64,000 nucleotides of DNA from Ramazzottius varieornatus (taxonomy: Eukaryota > Animalia > Tardigrada). The stretch spans positions 930,001 to 994,000 of the forward strand of contig BDGG01000008.1 of assembly GCA_001949185.1 (NCBI GenBank), read 5' to 3'. Numbering within the stretch: position 1 is the stretch's first letter; the number at the start of each line of letters is the position of its first letter. Below are positions 1 through 14,100 of the stretch, in pieces. A program made the position numbers and the translations under genes. The notes below the pieces were generated by a model. It saw only the letters and a program-made list of their open reading frames with translations. It was not told the DNA's origin and searched no databases.

Positions 1-103
1 CGTGTCAGAGTAAATAGTGCCATCATATTACGATCTTCTATTCCTGAAAACTATTTAAGGTTCATTGAAGTTTTCTAGTCGGAATGTATTTCCTTCGTTA
101 CAG

Positions 104-3100
104 GTTGTGGAGCTGGGATCAACTGGAAGGTCCTAGTGAGACCAGCGAAGGCATCTTCGTTGACGTTATGTTCGAGTTGAACCTGGGCGTGGATCACGTC
201 CCAGTCCATATGGTAACGATGGACACCCATCCCGGAACGGAACCAATTTGGTAAGTTCCATCTCTCCGTCTCCACCACTTACTGCGATCCCATAATAAAT
301 GTGTACAGGTTGATTTTAGATGAACGTGGGATTGTATGGACCACCACCTTCCCAAACACAACCCAAGAACCTCCGACGGAACTCTTCTTCATGCACAACG
401 GCGCAGTGAACGCCATCGCTACTTCCCTCGACCATCCACTCATGGCGACCAGTGGCCATGATGGTAACATCCGGGTCTACGACCACCACGAGAAGCACTG
501 TGTGGCTGTATGGAGAGCAGCTTCGATGGATGACAGTCTACCCATCTCGGCCCTTACCTGGCTCCCCCAGCACCTGACCAACCATTCTCCGTGCTTGGTG
601 GTGGGGCACAACCAAGGTACACTTCGCTTGCTTGAGTTTCCTGCTGCTCCACCAACCCAATTTAAAGAAGAAGAAGACACGGTCGTACGAGCAATTAAAG
701 TACCTAAGTTAATTGATGCCACGTCAGTCCGAATGCAAACCGGGGAAATCGTGCAGATAGCTGTCAACTCGAAAACCGGTTTCATGGTCAGTCTTTCCGA
801 CCTGATGATCCTCATATCGGCAGTCCAGATGCCGGATATAGTGCCCTCGGCTTTATATGGAATGAAAGCGCCGTTACACTTGTCGTGGAAAAACGATAGC
901 ATGACCGCACTGATCACTTCCGGGTTGGCTTCCGTCTACGAGGTCACTTTACCGACTGAGAAAGACGAAGGTTCTCTGGTGGACCAAACAAAGATTGATG
1001 AGCCGGAAGAACAGAAGAAAATGGTACCGTTAGATGGTCTGGATTCTTGTCGGGTGTATGAGCTGAAGAGCATCAAAGCAAAGCTTCAAGGGATGCCTGG
1101 TCCGGACATACCGACTTACGTTATGAGCAGGGTGGTATGGGCTATGTACGAACCGGGTAGTTCGGATACTTTCTGGATGAACACACTGGATGCAGATGCA
1201 GGGTACCTGTATTTATGTGCATTTGCGAAGGGAGAGGAGAAGGAAGAGGACGAGGAGGAAGAGGATGATGATGACGGACGAACCGAGCCGTTGAAAGGGG
1301 CTAGACTGGACCCGCTGCTTGACTTGACGGTGAAGTACCTCGAGTTCTTGGATAATGGACACTTGGCGGTTGTCGGTACAGCTGACGGACACTTGGTCGT
1401 CCTTCTGCTGAAAGAACACTACAAGTATGTTTCTCCTAACATACTTAACTTTGAAGAGACCTCTAACTGTGCTACGTATGTGGAAACTCGGCAAACAAAC
1501 TCGACAAAATTGTTTTGACAAGTGACGTATTGTTTCGCTGTTATTGGCTAAACGCGTGCGCCATTTGGAAAAACGATCTTGTTGAGTTTGTTCGCTTACA
1601 CTACCATATGTTACTTTACGGAGTTATCAGTATCTTGTGCGGCGGTTGTTTTGATGAACTACAGTAGCATTTTGGATATTACTCAGGTTGGACACGATTG
1701 TGTCGGAATGGAAGTTTAAAGTGCACGATGGTTCCATGACCGGGATGAGCATTGCGCCCGATTACTCGCACATCACGACAGTCGGAACGGACGGTAACAT
1801 CCTGGTCTTCCAGCTCAAGGTCCCCAACACGGAAGAAGCCATCAGTGAGCGGCGTTACTACAAGAGCATTCTTCATACACTCCAAACTACTCAGCTGACT
1901 GTAGAAGAAGACAAAGCATTTTCACTGTTCGTCCGAGAGGATCGTCTGATGAGGGACCAAGCGGAGCAGGCCCAGGAGAACATGAAAGAACACGTCAGAA
2001 AGATCAGGCTCGAAGTGATCAACCGGATCATGGAGGATAACGAGAGACTGCCCGAAGAAATGCGACTCACGAAAGAAGATTTCATTCTGACCCCACAAGT
2101 TCGGGCTTCTGTCGAGGGAGACTTCACTAGACGATTAAAGAACGCTCGGAATACCAATATCGTGGAACGCGTGAAAGGCAGGAACCATAATCGTATACAC
2201 AAGTAGATGCTAATGTGTCATGTTATGTAATGTGTTATGTCATAGGGAGGATTGTGGAAGAACGCTTGATTGAGTACGTCCGCCACGACACGGAACGAGG
2301 TCCCGAATTCCGACTCAAGAGCTTCGACGGAACGTGCCATGCGTCCACGTACTGGATACAACAGACTGACTACAATCTCAGCCAGCAGATCAGTCAGCTG
2401 AAAGTGGACCTGGAGCGACAACTCCAGGAAGATAAATGTCGAGCAGCGGCTGATGCCGAGGGATGTCCCGTAGAGTTTGGTTCTTACGATGATCAGCCAG
2501 TAGAGCAACAGATCCTCAAAAACGGACCGGTGACCATAACAAACCATGATCAGAGGTTGTCTGCGATGGGGCGCCATACTTGGGAACGACTTCCGTACGT
2601 CTGGATGATTTATAGGTTTCGATTGGCACCCCAAATAGAAACAAGATGTCCGCAGCCTTCAAGATTCGCAGAAGTACCCTGGTTTCCATACTCTAAAAGA
2701 TGTACTATGTTTTCCAGGTACGCGGAGCATTTGCGCCGGACCAAGCAGCGCTGGGAACAGTGGAAACGTTTACTGGACCGGAAGCCCGATGTCTCGCAAG
2801 ACGGTGATCAGGTTCTAGCCTCTGAAAGAAAACGTATTTCCGGTCAAGAATACAAAATCAAACAGAAAGAAGAGTACGCCATCCAGTTCATGGCCGAGTA
2901 CCTGCATGCGCCACAAGTCCAGCTCGAGTTCCTAGAGCTTCGGCAGCGAGTCCACGAGTACAAAAAGAAGTTCAACAGCCGTCTTGTAGACCTCCGAGCA
3001 GAGAAAGTAGTGCGTATCGGTCATTACCGCCAATTGGTGACCGAACTAGAGAAACTCCAAGAGAAACTTCTCTACAGTGAGCAAGTCAGTCTAGAGCCTG

Positions 3101-5974
3101 TGGATGATCTAGACAAGGAAGAAGAACCAGAAGGATTTCAGAAACCTTCACGAGAGGAGTGTATGGAAGTGTACAACAAGGAAGAGCAAGAGAAGAAAAA
3201 GAAGGAGAAACATGTAGCTAGAAACTCGTTGATTGATGAAGAGCAGCATGTCGGCCTCGCAGAAGATGTTAACAGTAAGAAGCCACGCTTCGCCCGGCTA
3301 CAGTCTTTCGCTACTCGTCAAGGCCGGTTGTCGTTACTGGAACGCCCCGTTTGCGAGATGGAACCACCAGGACCGTGGGATGAGCTGCACGCTGAACCTT
3401 CCCCGGAAGAAGAGTTCGAAGAGAGGAGTCGCATGTCTCTCTTGCTTTACCAAAGAGACAAACTTGTCGAGTCAGCAAAAAATATTCTGAAGGTCTTTGA
3501 CGGGAAGTTGAAGTTACTTCGGCATGATAAGTTCATGGTCGATATCGAACTGAAGCGAGCAGAGCTACATCTCCTCATTTACCAATGGGAATATCGTATT
3601 CTGAAAGGTTACGATGATCACGAAAGGATGCTGAGTCGGGAAGAAGTGAAACTAGAAGCCAAGAAAAGGTCGCTGGAAGCCCGACTGCGTTCCTTGTATC
3701 CAGGTGTCAGGGCGGTGTTTGACAGGTTGCAGCACATGCGCGAGAAGGAAGCCAGCGTCAAGTTGGAGTTCGAGAAGTACTGGAAAACGGTCATGCAGCA
3801 CAAACCATTGAGAAGGTTGCTTTACAATGTGTTCATCTACAAAATCAAGGGTCTGCAGTTGGATGATGGCGAGAACGAAGGGTGCGCATACAACCCGGAA
3901 GTTGAGGAACCAGCAGTTGAAGCCAATTGTAGCACAAGTTCGATGGGCATAAGGAACCGAGCGAACTTGAAGAGATCGTCGTTGAGGTGGAAGAGTAAAC
4001 TAAGGCTGGGCAGCCGAGGAATGAAAAAGCCATCGCTGGTCAGTTCCTTCATGAAATCAGTGACAAATTAATACTGATAGAGTGTTTTATTGATGGATTT
4101 TTACTGTTTGAGTTATTTGGCAAGTCGGCAAAGGAGCCTACATCTCGAGTGGTGCACGTTTTCATTGTTATGGACTGGAAGCGTGCGCCGCTTTAGCTTT
4201 AGGATAACGATAGCCATGTTGTGCGTTTTGTTTGCTGGTCTCCCACTTTCTCATCACACTTTTTGATTTCTCGAATTTGAACTCAAATCATCAGATCGAT
4301 CGGTTCGACTGATTGATTGATCCACGTTCTTTGATTTTTAGGGACCGAGTCTGACGGATTTCGATCCGATGGATGTCCACACATGTCCGAGAGGCCTCGA
4401 CAAGAAAGTTTTCTTGACGGTTCAGTCTCTCAACAAACAATACACCCGCCTTCGAAATCAAATCGACGACGATATCGACCACCATCAGGCATTGCTTGGT
4501 CAGTACCAAGATACCGCCGAGTCCTTGTCCCACGTCACCTTTGAACTGGCAAATGTCTCAGCCTCGCTACACGAGCTTCGTCTGGAGAAGTTCAACAGGT
4601 GGAAGGAGATTCCGTACCCGGTGGCTGTCCGTATGGATCAGTTCCGCTTTGGTAATAACAACGTCGACCGCAGCGAGATCTACGAAGCTCTGGTCTTCGA
4701 CGAGAGGAACTTGCAACTTTTGCAATCCTTCATCGACCAGGTGAAGCGAGAAACTATGGAAGATACTGGGCAGTTAGCCAACCTAAAGAACCAATACGAC
4801 AAGCTGGACAGAGAGCAGATTTTGTTTGCCTTGAGAACGGATGCGTTGCGCAAGGAATGTCAGAAGCTAATGGTAGAGAAGTATGGCGGTTTCATCGATT
4901 TGGATCGAGCCGAACAGTTGAGGACCGATGCCGGGATTCGAAGCCTTGAGGTAAAGCACGCCGAGTACTTTCACGAATACTCAAGTCAAACGTCGTAGTG
5001 ATCTCGCAACCTAACGTTTTCAGGATGAGCTGGTGAAGAAACAGAAAACTCACGATCGGAAGATGCATAAGCTGAAGCAAGACGCGGAGGACCTCAGAGT
5101 AGAGCTGACGAAGACTCGCGCTGATACCACGGTTTTCCTCAAGTCAGTCAGTTCGCAGATGGCCGAGAGGGAACTGCTATCAAAAAGAATCAAGGATCGA
5201 GCGAAGAAGACAGGCAAAGATAGTTATTCGTCCTTGTTGTAATCTAACCAGCAGAATTAATAGTTGTTTCTTCTGGTGTCTTTCTCAGGGCGTGGCGTCC
5301 TGGAGAACGTGACGACGGAAGGTCTCCAGACGCACCACGAGAAGCTCCTTTTGTGGCAGCACATAGCTCAAGTGCAAGCCGCGGAAATTGATTCGCTACT
5401 GACAGAGATTTCATTCTTCAAAAGCAAAGATTCCGACGTCGGCGTGCTCAGAAACGTATTGGACAGGCACGTCGTTGACAACTTCGGAGACCATAATGGT
5501 CGTTTCCCTACGGAAGAACTGCCTCCGCTTTCGGCAGCTGCCTCGACCATACACGAAAAGACAATACTGCCACCAGTTCACAGTCACAGAGACCTGCCGG
5601 CCGAAGCTCAACATGTCCACGCGGCGCCTCCTGCGCATACCGTGGAGACGAAAGACTTGGCGGAAGATGGTCACACTACCCTGACCGATGTGACGGATGT
5701 GCTGTCCAGTCTGGACTTTTCTTTCATTTCTTACCTTCCAATTTTTGCCGATGGGTCGTTCACATCGGTTGTTGAGGTGCCGCAGAACGCGGAGCTGACG
5801 TCCTCTGAGGACCAGTCTGCCGCTACTACTATGGCATCTCCCGCTACGGTGCCGACTTCGACTGAGGATCAGTCACAGAGTGCTAAGGTATTCCCCGAGG
5901 ATCAACCTCCCCCTAATACCGGTAATGATGTTCCCAGAGTGGTATCCCACGCTGAACTTCCTATTGGCTATTAG
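104..5974 (+). CDS. CFAP44: Cilia- and flagella-associated protein 44 (WDR52)-like; multi-exon, 5' end upstream of the window
   Basis: WD40 segments (HNGAVNAIATSLDHPLMATSGHDGNIRVYD; VHDGSMTGMSIAPDYSHITTVGTDGNILVF) and WLILDERGIVW across a splice. Long coiled coil follows with FDGKLKLLRHDKFMVDIELKRAELHLL, CPRGLD, LMVEKYGGFIDLD and QAAEIDSLLTEISFFKSK. ORFs 301-1518, 1688-2206, 2215-4071, 4369-4998, 5033-5242 and 5264-5974 are joined by GT-AG introns. Confidence 0.85.
1487..1597. repeat. Palindromic MITE-like family 1 copy (CFAP44 intron)
   Basis: ctcggcaaacaaac...caagtgacgta...cgtgcgccatttggaaaaacgatcttgttgagtttgttcg. Confidence 0.75.
4118..4210. repeat. Family 1 copy, degenerate (CFAP44 intron)
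   Basis: agtggtgcacgttttcattgttatggactggaagcgtgcgccgct core. Confidence 0.55.
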
Positions 5975-6879
5975 TTAAACCTCGAATGGTTGGCCTTTCT
6001 TTCCTGGTCGGTATATAAATTCAGCATCCAAAGTGGATGGAAACAGTACAAGTGTGGATTCGGACAGGGGAGTAGGGCAGTAGAATCAAATTTAAAACTG
6101 TAGTTTGAGAAACTGGAAATTCTGGAGTGAGTGCTTCATTTGTCTCGTCGAGCGGTAGCGCCGATGATGATTCCTGCGATAGACCAAGTCCTCCTTCTTC
6201 CAGAATTTTATCGACTGCAGTTTCGTCCGTGACAGCTTGCCTGAGCTGACCGACGGAACCTTGTCTGCCACCACTAGCAGGCCTGCCACATTCTCGTCCG
6301 CAATCTCTGGACCCATTGGATGGCGTCTATCCAGTGCGGTTGATTGGGCGGTAGATCCTTCATTGAGCCCGGACTATCAGACAATCATCTTTCAGGTCAT
6401 AAAGTTGAAGCCAAGATTCCACTCCCCACATGCCAGCATGCTCGACGAGTGATGGGCATCCGCAGTGGGAACGGTGAAGACACTTTCCCTGTCGTTTCCG
6501 TCGTACCAGATACGGTACACACGGGATCCACGACGCAACACTGTAAATGAAACATACAGGACCAATCGTTGTTTTCTGCTGATATCGTTAGTATGTCATG
6601 TCATACGCGGCATCTTCTGTCCAGTGTCCAGACAGTCCAGTGACTACAGTCAACGATGATACGTCATGCTACAGTATATGTGTATGACATGGCAGTCAGC
6701 TGTTGCCTTCTAGTAAACGAAAACACGCTTTCGGAATTGTGGACAGTATCTCTCCACCATGGCCTCGTCTTACGGGAAAGAAGTGAATTGGTTCAACGTG
6801 AACGTACTGTAGGGAACTTGTTGCCTGCGCTTGCGAGGAGAGGACGGAACACATCACGTCGAAGACTGGAATCCGTAGC

Positions 6880-9800
6880 ATGGCATTTCCGATGGGAACC
6901 TTGGTCGCTCTCGTCCGGAAAATCGAGCCCGAACTTTTCAACGGACAATTTACGCTCACACTGACATCTCCCGTTCTCGCTCGCCTTGCCAGAGATGTAG
7001 CGAATCCTCCTAACGTTGAATCTCCGCAAGATTCATCAATTATCGATAGCAAGAAGCACGACCAGCTGAAAGCTTACTTGGCCGATCTGCGCTATCTCGG
7101 CCATGTGATCGACGGCGTGTCATCGCTCTGTATAATCCACGAAGACGGGACACTCCACGGAACGATATCCCTAAGCTTATTCCAGTCACTGCGCTATCTG
7201 GAAATCCGGAGGCTACCTCTGCATCTGTTGAAAGGACTAACTAACCTACGAGGGCAGCTCGAGACTGTCATCTGCAAAAGATCCCTCCAAGACGTCAGTT
7301 TACTCCTTCGGAAGTGCGGCGGTGACGCGAGTTCTTCGAGCCTTTGGCCGGAACTAAAAACGCTCATTTGTAATGACTGTGATATCGATGTGGTTGGAAC
7401 ATCGCTGGAGCTGGCGCCATCGCTCCAGAACGTCGACTTTAGGTGAGATGCCGTAAACGACAGTGCCCCACAAATACGGCAAGCAGAGTGAGTCGGCCTA
7501 TCCTAAGTGTCATCTGCTTTGATATGAGAATCAGGGGGTGACCGATTCACCAGCCTTGGCCAGAACCCAGTCACACCTTCCGATTAATCACTTCATTGCA
7601 TCTTCGTTTCACTTTATTATAATTTTTAATAACATTATTTTTTTATGTCACTTTACCTTTTTCAGCCGTAATACGATCGTGGATTGTCGCGATGCCTACT
7701 TGAAGCTAGACGAACTGAAATTCGTCAACCTTGGCTACAACACTCTTTCGAAAGTTCCTCAGTTCTCGCCTACCACCCGACGCAACTTAAAGATCCTCAT
7801 TTTAAGGAACAACTGTTTGCAAACCCTTGAAGGTCTTGAAGACTTAGAGTCGTTACGCGAGCTCGACGTCTCCTTCAATGGCATCGCTGACCACAAACTA
7901 CTTTGGCCACTACAACCTCTATCCAAGCTGACACGTTTAGACTTGGCAGGGAACCCAGTCACCTACCACAAGCGACACAGATCCATCCTTCTAACGTACC
8001 TTCATCCAGCCGCGATCAAGAACCCTCGTCTCCTCCTAGACGCGGTTGGCATTAGTAAATCGGAACTGAGGAAGGTACCGGAGACACTGGGGAACTTACT
8101 TCCGACTTTGAGACCGGTACCGGTCCGTCAGCGGACTGCGCTGACGTTGGAAACTGTGGGCAATGAGGATCAAGATCCTGTGTCGGATCTTTCAACTAGT
8201 ACAAGTAGTGTGGGCAGTGCCAGTCGGACAAGGGGACAGAGAAGGTTCCGGACTGTCCAGTTGGATGAACCGGAAGAAGAGAAGACACGACCAACGAAAC
8301 CTGTGTCTACCGGTAAGCTAACCATAACAGGTACCCGAAATATACTAAATGGTGGTTGTTCTGATTTTGCGGAGTCTGTTACGGCTCTTCCAGTTTCATC
8401 CTCCGTATCCTTCGCTGTCGACATTGAAGAACGCCGCCATAAGTTCGGGGACGAATGGCTGAGGTTTCAGTCGGTGGAAGATGCCGGGATCTCCTCATCG
8501 ATACCCATCGAGATCGCCGCGTTCCCGAAAGTCGAGTCGCCTATACCCTTCCTGCTCAACGAAGACGCCAAAGAAGCATCCCGACATGATGAAGAACTTC
8601 GGCGAGCCGAAAGCATCGAAGCCGCTGAGCGTACAGAGAGCAACGAGAACGAAAGCGAGCCGTTCTTCGTTCATTTCGACACTGACATGTCCCCTGAACA
8701 TCTCCTCATCGTGTCCGTAGGCGAAGTCCACTTGATAGAACGAAATGCGGCAGGAGTGATTACCGAAATGCTAGAGCTGTCCAGTATGATGAAGTGTGAG
8801 GCCGAGGAAGGCTCGGTAGTGGCGATGTACTTTGATTACTTGAGGAAAGATCGAAGGAGACGGCGATATGTGTTGGAGGACCCGGAACAAGCTAGTCAGC
8901 TACTGCAGCTACTGCAGCCGATTGTCAGTCAGAAGGCGGAGAATGCTCCGATGTTTCAGTGTCTACAGTGTAGTGAAGTCTTTCCGGAATATCGTGCAGA
9001 GACCAAAGTCAAATATGTTCCTCATGGAGATTTCCAGCATAACGGATACTCGAGCTCGATAGGTTGTGCCATATCGTTATCAGTGAAAGGTACAGCTTCC
9101 ATTTTGTTTCCCCAAGTGGCGCACCTTCTCGGTGTTATTGGCTAAATGTGTGCGCCACTTGGGAAAACAATCTTGCCGGGTTTGCTTGCCTAGGTATGAA
9201 ATACTACTCATAATTGCTTATCTTTTGCTCGTTTTTAGGAACGATGAATGAAGTGGCAGTTTGCCCCTTCTGCGCCAGCGAGATGTTGGTCCAGCACAAG
9301 TCAGCTTCCTCGTCAAAGAGCGTGACGCCCGAAGACGAGGGTTCGCCGTCTTCGGAAACCCTGAGCCCGACCAGCAGCAACCTTTCTAGCCGTCCCTCTT
9401 GCGCCGTTGCCATGAGACGAACCAACAGCGTCGTCTTACTGGCTGACGAGCCGTCCTTCTCCGAAGAAACCATTCTTCCGCCTTCGAGCTTTCATAGTCC
9501 GATGGTAAGCTCCTCTGAATCTGTCTTGGCGGACCTGACGAGAGACAGCTACGGCAGAGAGGACTCCAGTGAGGAGACGCTCTTCTCAGTGCAAAATATA
9601 GAGTCAACGGTAGCGCTTCTCGAATCAAGCGCCAAGAACCTGCCGAAAGATGCGCTGACCTGGGACTTTGAAGAATACAAAGTGCTGGATCATAGGCTGA
9701 GACTGCATATCGACATGAATATCCTGACCACGCCAGATGAAAACTTCATGATGGCGGCAAAGGTACTTCGCTGCGGTCTCCTCGCTCATGTTTTCACTGC

Positions 9801-10919
9801 CTGAACCTTAATGCGTGTCTCTTGGATTTTTAAGGTGGAAGTTGTGTTGTCAAAGCGAGATGTAGGTTTGGAACGTGTGTTAATCATCTCCAACCTTCGG
9901 ATTTACACGGAGTACATCGAAGGCGATATCGAGTATGAAATTGGACAGTGAAAGCATGTACTCAGTAATGTTTTCATTAATATGTTTAAACACTATGTAT
10001 TGTTATAACGTAGCCGGGTGGATGATACAATAGTGGGGTTTTTTGGCGGGGTGTCAGAATTCGGATGTTGGGGAAACGTATGGTGAAAATTTTGAGGTTT
10101 TTATCAAGCATTTATGATTGCAGTCAAGACCCAGTGCACTGGTTGCACCGAGAAAACACGGTCAGGCTGGACCAGGTAAACCTGCTGCATCAGGTGATCG
10201 ACGGAGAAAGTCTCAGGCTGGGTTTTACCGATGGGACTTTCTGGCTGCTCTTGTTCCGCGATCGCCAAAGAACAAGCAACTTTGTCAAGCAGATAGAAAG
10301 TAAATCTGTTTTCTATTAATCGCCTTATCGAAACCATATAGACAGTAGAGTGGATAACAAGCTTGGTGTTTTTCAACTGTATAGATGTACTCACGTCCAA
10401 CAAACTATCCTTTCTGGAGGATGAAACTACTGAGCATTCGCAGCTGGAGTCTTGGCTGAACGCAAATTTGACGGACGTTCCAGAAGGCTCGTCTGCGACC
10501 ATATCTTCACGGACAATGTGCTACTTGGGTCGATCACCAGTCACATTGATAACTACCCACACTCACTTGTTGATCCTGAATGAAACCTATAAAGCCCTTG
10601 CTGAGTCCGGAAAGAGCTCAGTGGCTCTGATAGACTCGAGGCCGTTGTCGTCTGTCAGCTGCTTGGTAGGATTTTTATCAAAGTAATTTCTCTCGATAGT
10701 GTGGGCACTTCACGTACTTTTCCACGATAGGTGGCCAACCTGCAAAAGCCGACGACCATAGGCTTGAAGTTCTTCGAAGAGAACCCCGACTACATCAACC
10801 AGTGGGATTTCCAGTATGAGACTGTGGATGGGTTAAGAGTACTCGTCGAAGCTGTTCGCCAACCGTGGGAACAGACGTTCTTCCATGTGCCTCTGAATTT
10901 CGAGTTATATACCAAGTGA
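6880..10919 (+). CDS. STK11IP: Serine/threonine kinase 11-interacting protein-like (LRR protein); multi-exon
   Basis: ISLSLFQSLRYLEIRRLP...LRGQLETVICKRSL...CGGDASSSSLWPELKTL, LRRs, GNPVTYHKRHR, CxxC...CxxC zinc-ribbon pair, DHRLRLHIDMNI. Confidence 0.85.
7488..7550. repeat. MITE-like family 2 copy (STK11IP intron)
   Basis: gtgagtcggcc...gggggtgaccgattcac. Confidence 0.55.
9100..9193. repeat. Family 1 copy (STK11IP intron)
   Basis: cccaagtggcgcac...gtgcgccacttgggaaaacaatcttgccgggtttgcttgcc. Confidence 0.8.
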
Positions 10920-11148
10920 CTTTTGTCGAAAGATTTTATGACTGATTCTACTGCTTCTCTCAATAATTTACTATGACTAAAAGTATCTATCCCTGATTTT
11001 ACAAATTATTGTTTATTGATTGATAATTTCTCAAAAATGACTGCTTGCCGTGTTGTGGCTACATGAGCTATCCTAATTTCTGGAAGAATTAGAGCAACAA
11101 AATTAAAATTAGTCTTCCCGTTGTCCGGCGTAGATTGGCCCAGCTGGC

Positions 11149-14100
11149 TTAACTTCGAGGATTGCGTATAGTATACCGAGAAATGCGGCGATTCGCGACC
11201 GTTGGGTCGTCCAAGGCGTCTTCATCCATCCGTACATTGACTTGCTTGACGATGTTTTTTAGAGTCTCGTGTTGCTTCTCCAGTTTCGAGGCGATATTGT
11301 CGAGCCTAGAATCCGGAAAAGTTATTCATCCGTACTGCGAATATTGATCAGAGCACTTACTTCTCACGGCGCTTCGAGTTGGCGTTTCCAGTAGAAAGTC
11401 CTTTTGAGAGTTTGCCATGTGATACTATAGGCTGGGCATGTTGCTCTGCTGGATCGAAAGCAGCACCCTCTGCCAATCCGTCCAGGTCACCTGTCGTCAG
11501 AATGTGTATCCACTTCTGAAAATCCACACCAGGAAATTACCAGTTTTATTTGAAATACCTGCCGATGGACTTACCGTGAAGAACTGCCATCTTTGACGAT
11601 TGGGATAGTACGTCCATTCCTTAGTTTGACATCGCCTCAGCAGGAACTTGGGTAGCAAGGACTCGACATCCGTGTGGAATCTGATTTGCATATTCAGGAT
11701 GTTGAGCGTGGCGCCTCTTTCGACCTTCTGTAGGTCGTACACCGCGGTGGCCATCTGAAGTAATCGGGGGCGTTACTTGTCACAGAGATCTCAATACTTC
11801 GTGCAGGTTCAACGGCATACCAAAATTGCTTGGATTATGATGGTAACGACTCCGACACAGGCGAGTGCGATAAAGTACGTCGCATCGGGAAAGGGCATCT
11901 CCTTCAGAAGTATCGGCTTGATGTAGTTTTCAATGGCGTCCACGTCGCCCACGAGCATATCCGAAACGCGCAACAGCGAGGCCTGTAAAGTCATGTGCGC
12001 ATTTTGCCAGTCCGCTGGATCGTCATCTTTGTGATCGGACTGCAAGACAAAAATGTTGCCTACAATACATGCCGACAACTCTGATTGGTCAGGCTTACTC
12101 GAAAAAAGTATTCTTCGTCAGGAAAGATTTTCTCCGGGTAGAGCACACAGTGCGCCATGCTGAACGCAATGACCATGATAAAGTATACGGCAAAAGACTT
12201 TGTCAGAATTTTCATCTCTCTGAAGAAAACCCCGACGTAGATGCCGGATTTCCCATATCGTTGAAGATGGTTCATCAGGTGGATCCAAGAGCAAAATATG
12301 GCGACCGCGCCCACTTGCCATTGGGTACTCCACCGGATATACCTGTCTTCACTATCGAAGAATGCAATCGCGAAAAAGAGCGTGGTGGTATAACAGATGA
12401 TTTCAAAGTAGTTCAATGTCCGGAAGAAGAAATCCTTTCTCTGAAATGACAAAATGGAAGTGGGGCTTCAGCAAAAAACTCGTTTTCCTCTCAGCTGCGC
12501 AATTATCAGCCAAGAAGATTGAAAAAGCGCGCCACTTGGGAAAAAGCCCGACATATTCGAGTTTGTTTTGCCAAGCTGATGAGTATCATTCAGAAAAAAA
12601 TGGACAGAAAAGCTTGCCTCACAAAGTAGCTGAAAGAGCTTCTTGATCAGTTGGACGGTGGTGAGGACCATGACGATGACAAGGAGGACCGATTCCCGAC
12701 TTTGAAGAGGCATTTCCGCGTTAGCCGGGGAGAGCTTGATCGGACCGAAGTAGGTGGCGTTGGTAATGTTTGTCAGAGCCTCCGGCTTGATGCTTTGGAC
12801 ATTCTCGCTGCTAATTTGGAGGAGATGAGGTTTCAAGTCAGTCTCCACTCCTACAACGGGATAATAGTAGATAACAGGGGCGGCACAAAAGGTGGGGCAA
12901 ACATCTGACAGCTTACCTGTCAGAACGAGGGTCGTCAGCATACCGAGGAACGCTACGTACAGCAAGAGGCTGGAAAAGTGCAGATATATTCCGTATGAAG
13001 TCCTGCAATCCGGAAGCACTCTACAATTTGTAACCATAGCTTACAGTAAGTGAAATTGAGAGGCAGAAAGGAACCTGCATCAGCTAACCATTTCAGGTTC
13101 AGGAAGGTTCTGGACACCGGATGGGTTAGCAGGCCATAGCGCTTATGCATCGCCATTTCCTGTTGTCACGTGAAAAGTCGGACGATGGGAGTTTCGGACA
13201 TCGTAGTTACCCGAAAAAGATTGACTTACGTTCAAGACAGCCAAAGGTGTCAACACGGATCGTGGCTGGATTAAGACCTCTTCGTCGCAATACATTTCAG
13301 GCTGTAAAGCTTTGTAATAGTAGCGCTCCTGTAACAACGAAACTCTTTCGCGAATCGCAAAGCTTTAAACAGTATTGCGGTGTGTATTGAAACATTTGAA
13401 GCTAGCGAATTTTTATTTTGGCGAGAATATTCTTACGCAGTAATCTGGCGATAGGGGATGGCAGTTTTCTTTCGACAAGCATCGATCGAGGACGACCTGC
13501 AAAACCCGCCAAAGCCCTTGCATGCTGTAGTTAAGAAACCATCCCGGCCTACCAGCTGGAAGGCATTACCCATACCTGCATTACGGCGGGACATTCCCTG
13601 ATGAACCCCAAGACTGGCCATCCGAATATTAGGGATGGCTGGTAGAGAATCTGTTCCCATCTGGAGTTTCTCATCATGGCCACCAAGGCAGCTTGCGAAT
13701 TCTCCGCAATGGCGACATCAACTGGAGTAACGTTCGACTTGTTCAAGGATAAGACTGCTCCGGCATCTAACAGAAGTGTCACGCATGCACTTGCACTAAG
13801 GGCCGCCGCAGTGTGCAGCGGTGTATTCTGTAAAACTAGGTAGTCCAAAGATCTGATCGATTAAAGTCATCGGCATGGCAATCAAAGGATTCGACCTACA
13901 CCAGCTCGGTCCGTCAAATCCAACAGGTAAGTATAGGTATCCAGCAACAGGCGTGCAACCTCTGCCAGAAGATTATCAATTAGATCAAAGAAAAGAAACG
14001 AAAGTCTTGGTCGAGTATGGCGCCATCTACCTGCATGATCGCCACCAACCGCAGCATGTAGCGCAGTTCTGCCTTCACGGTCCCTGCAGTCAGATTCAAG

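Noticed and set aside
6092-6760. Possible small minus-strand spliced gene between CFAP44 and STK11IP
   Set aside because: Intron-like signals exist, but the product (about 60 aa) has no recognisable features, so it cannot be supported.
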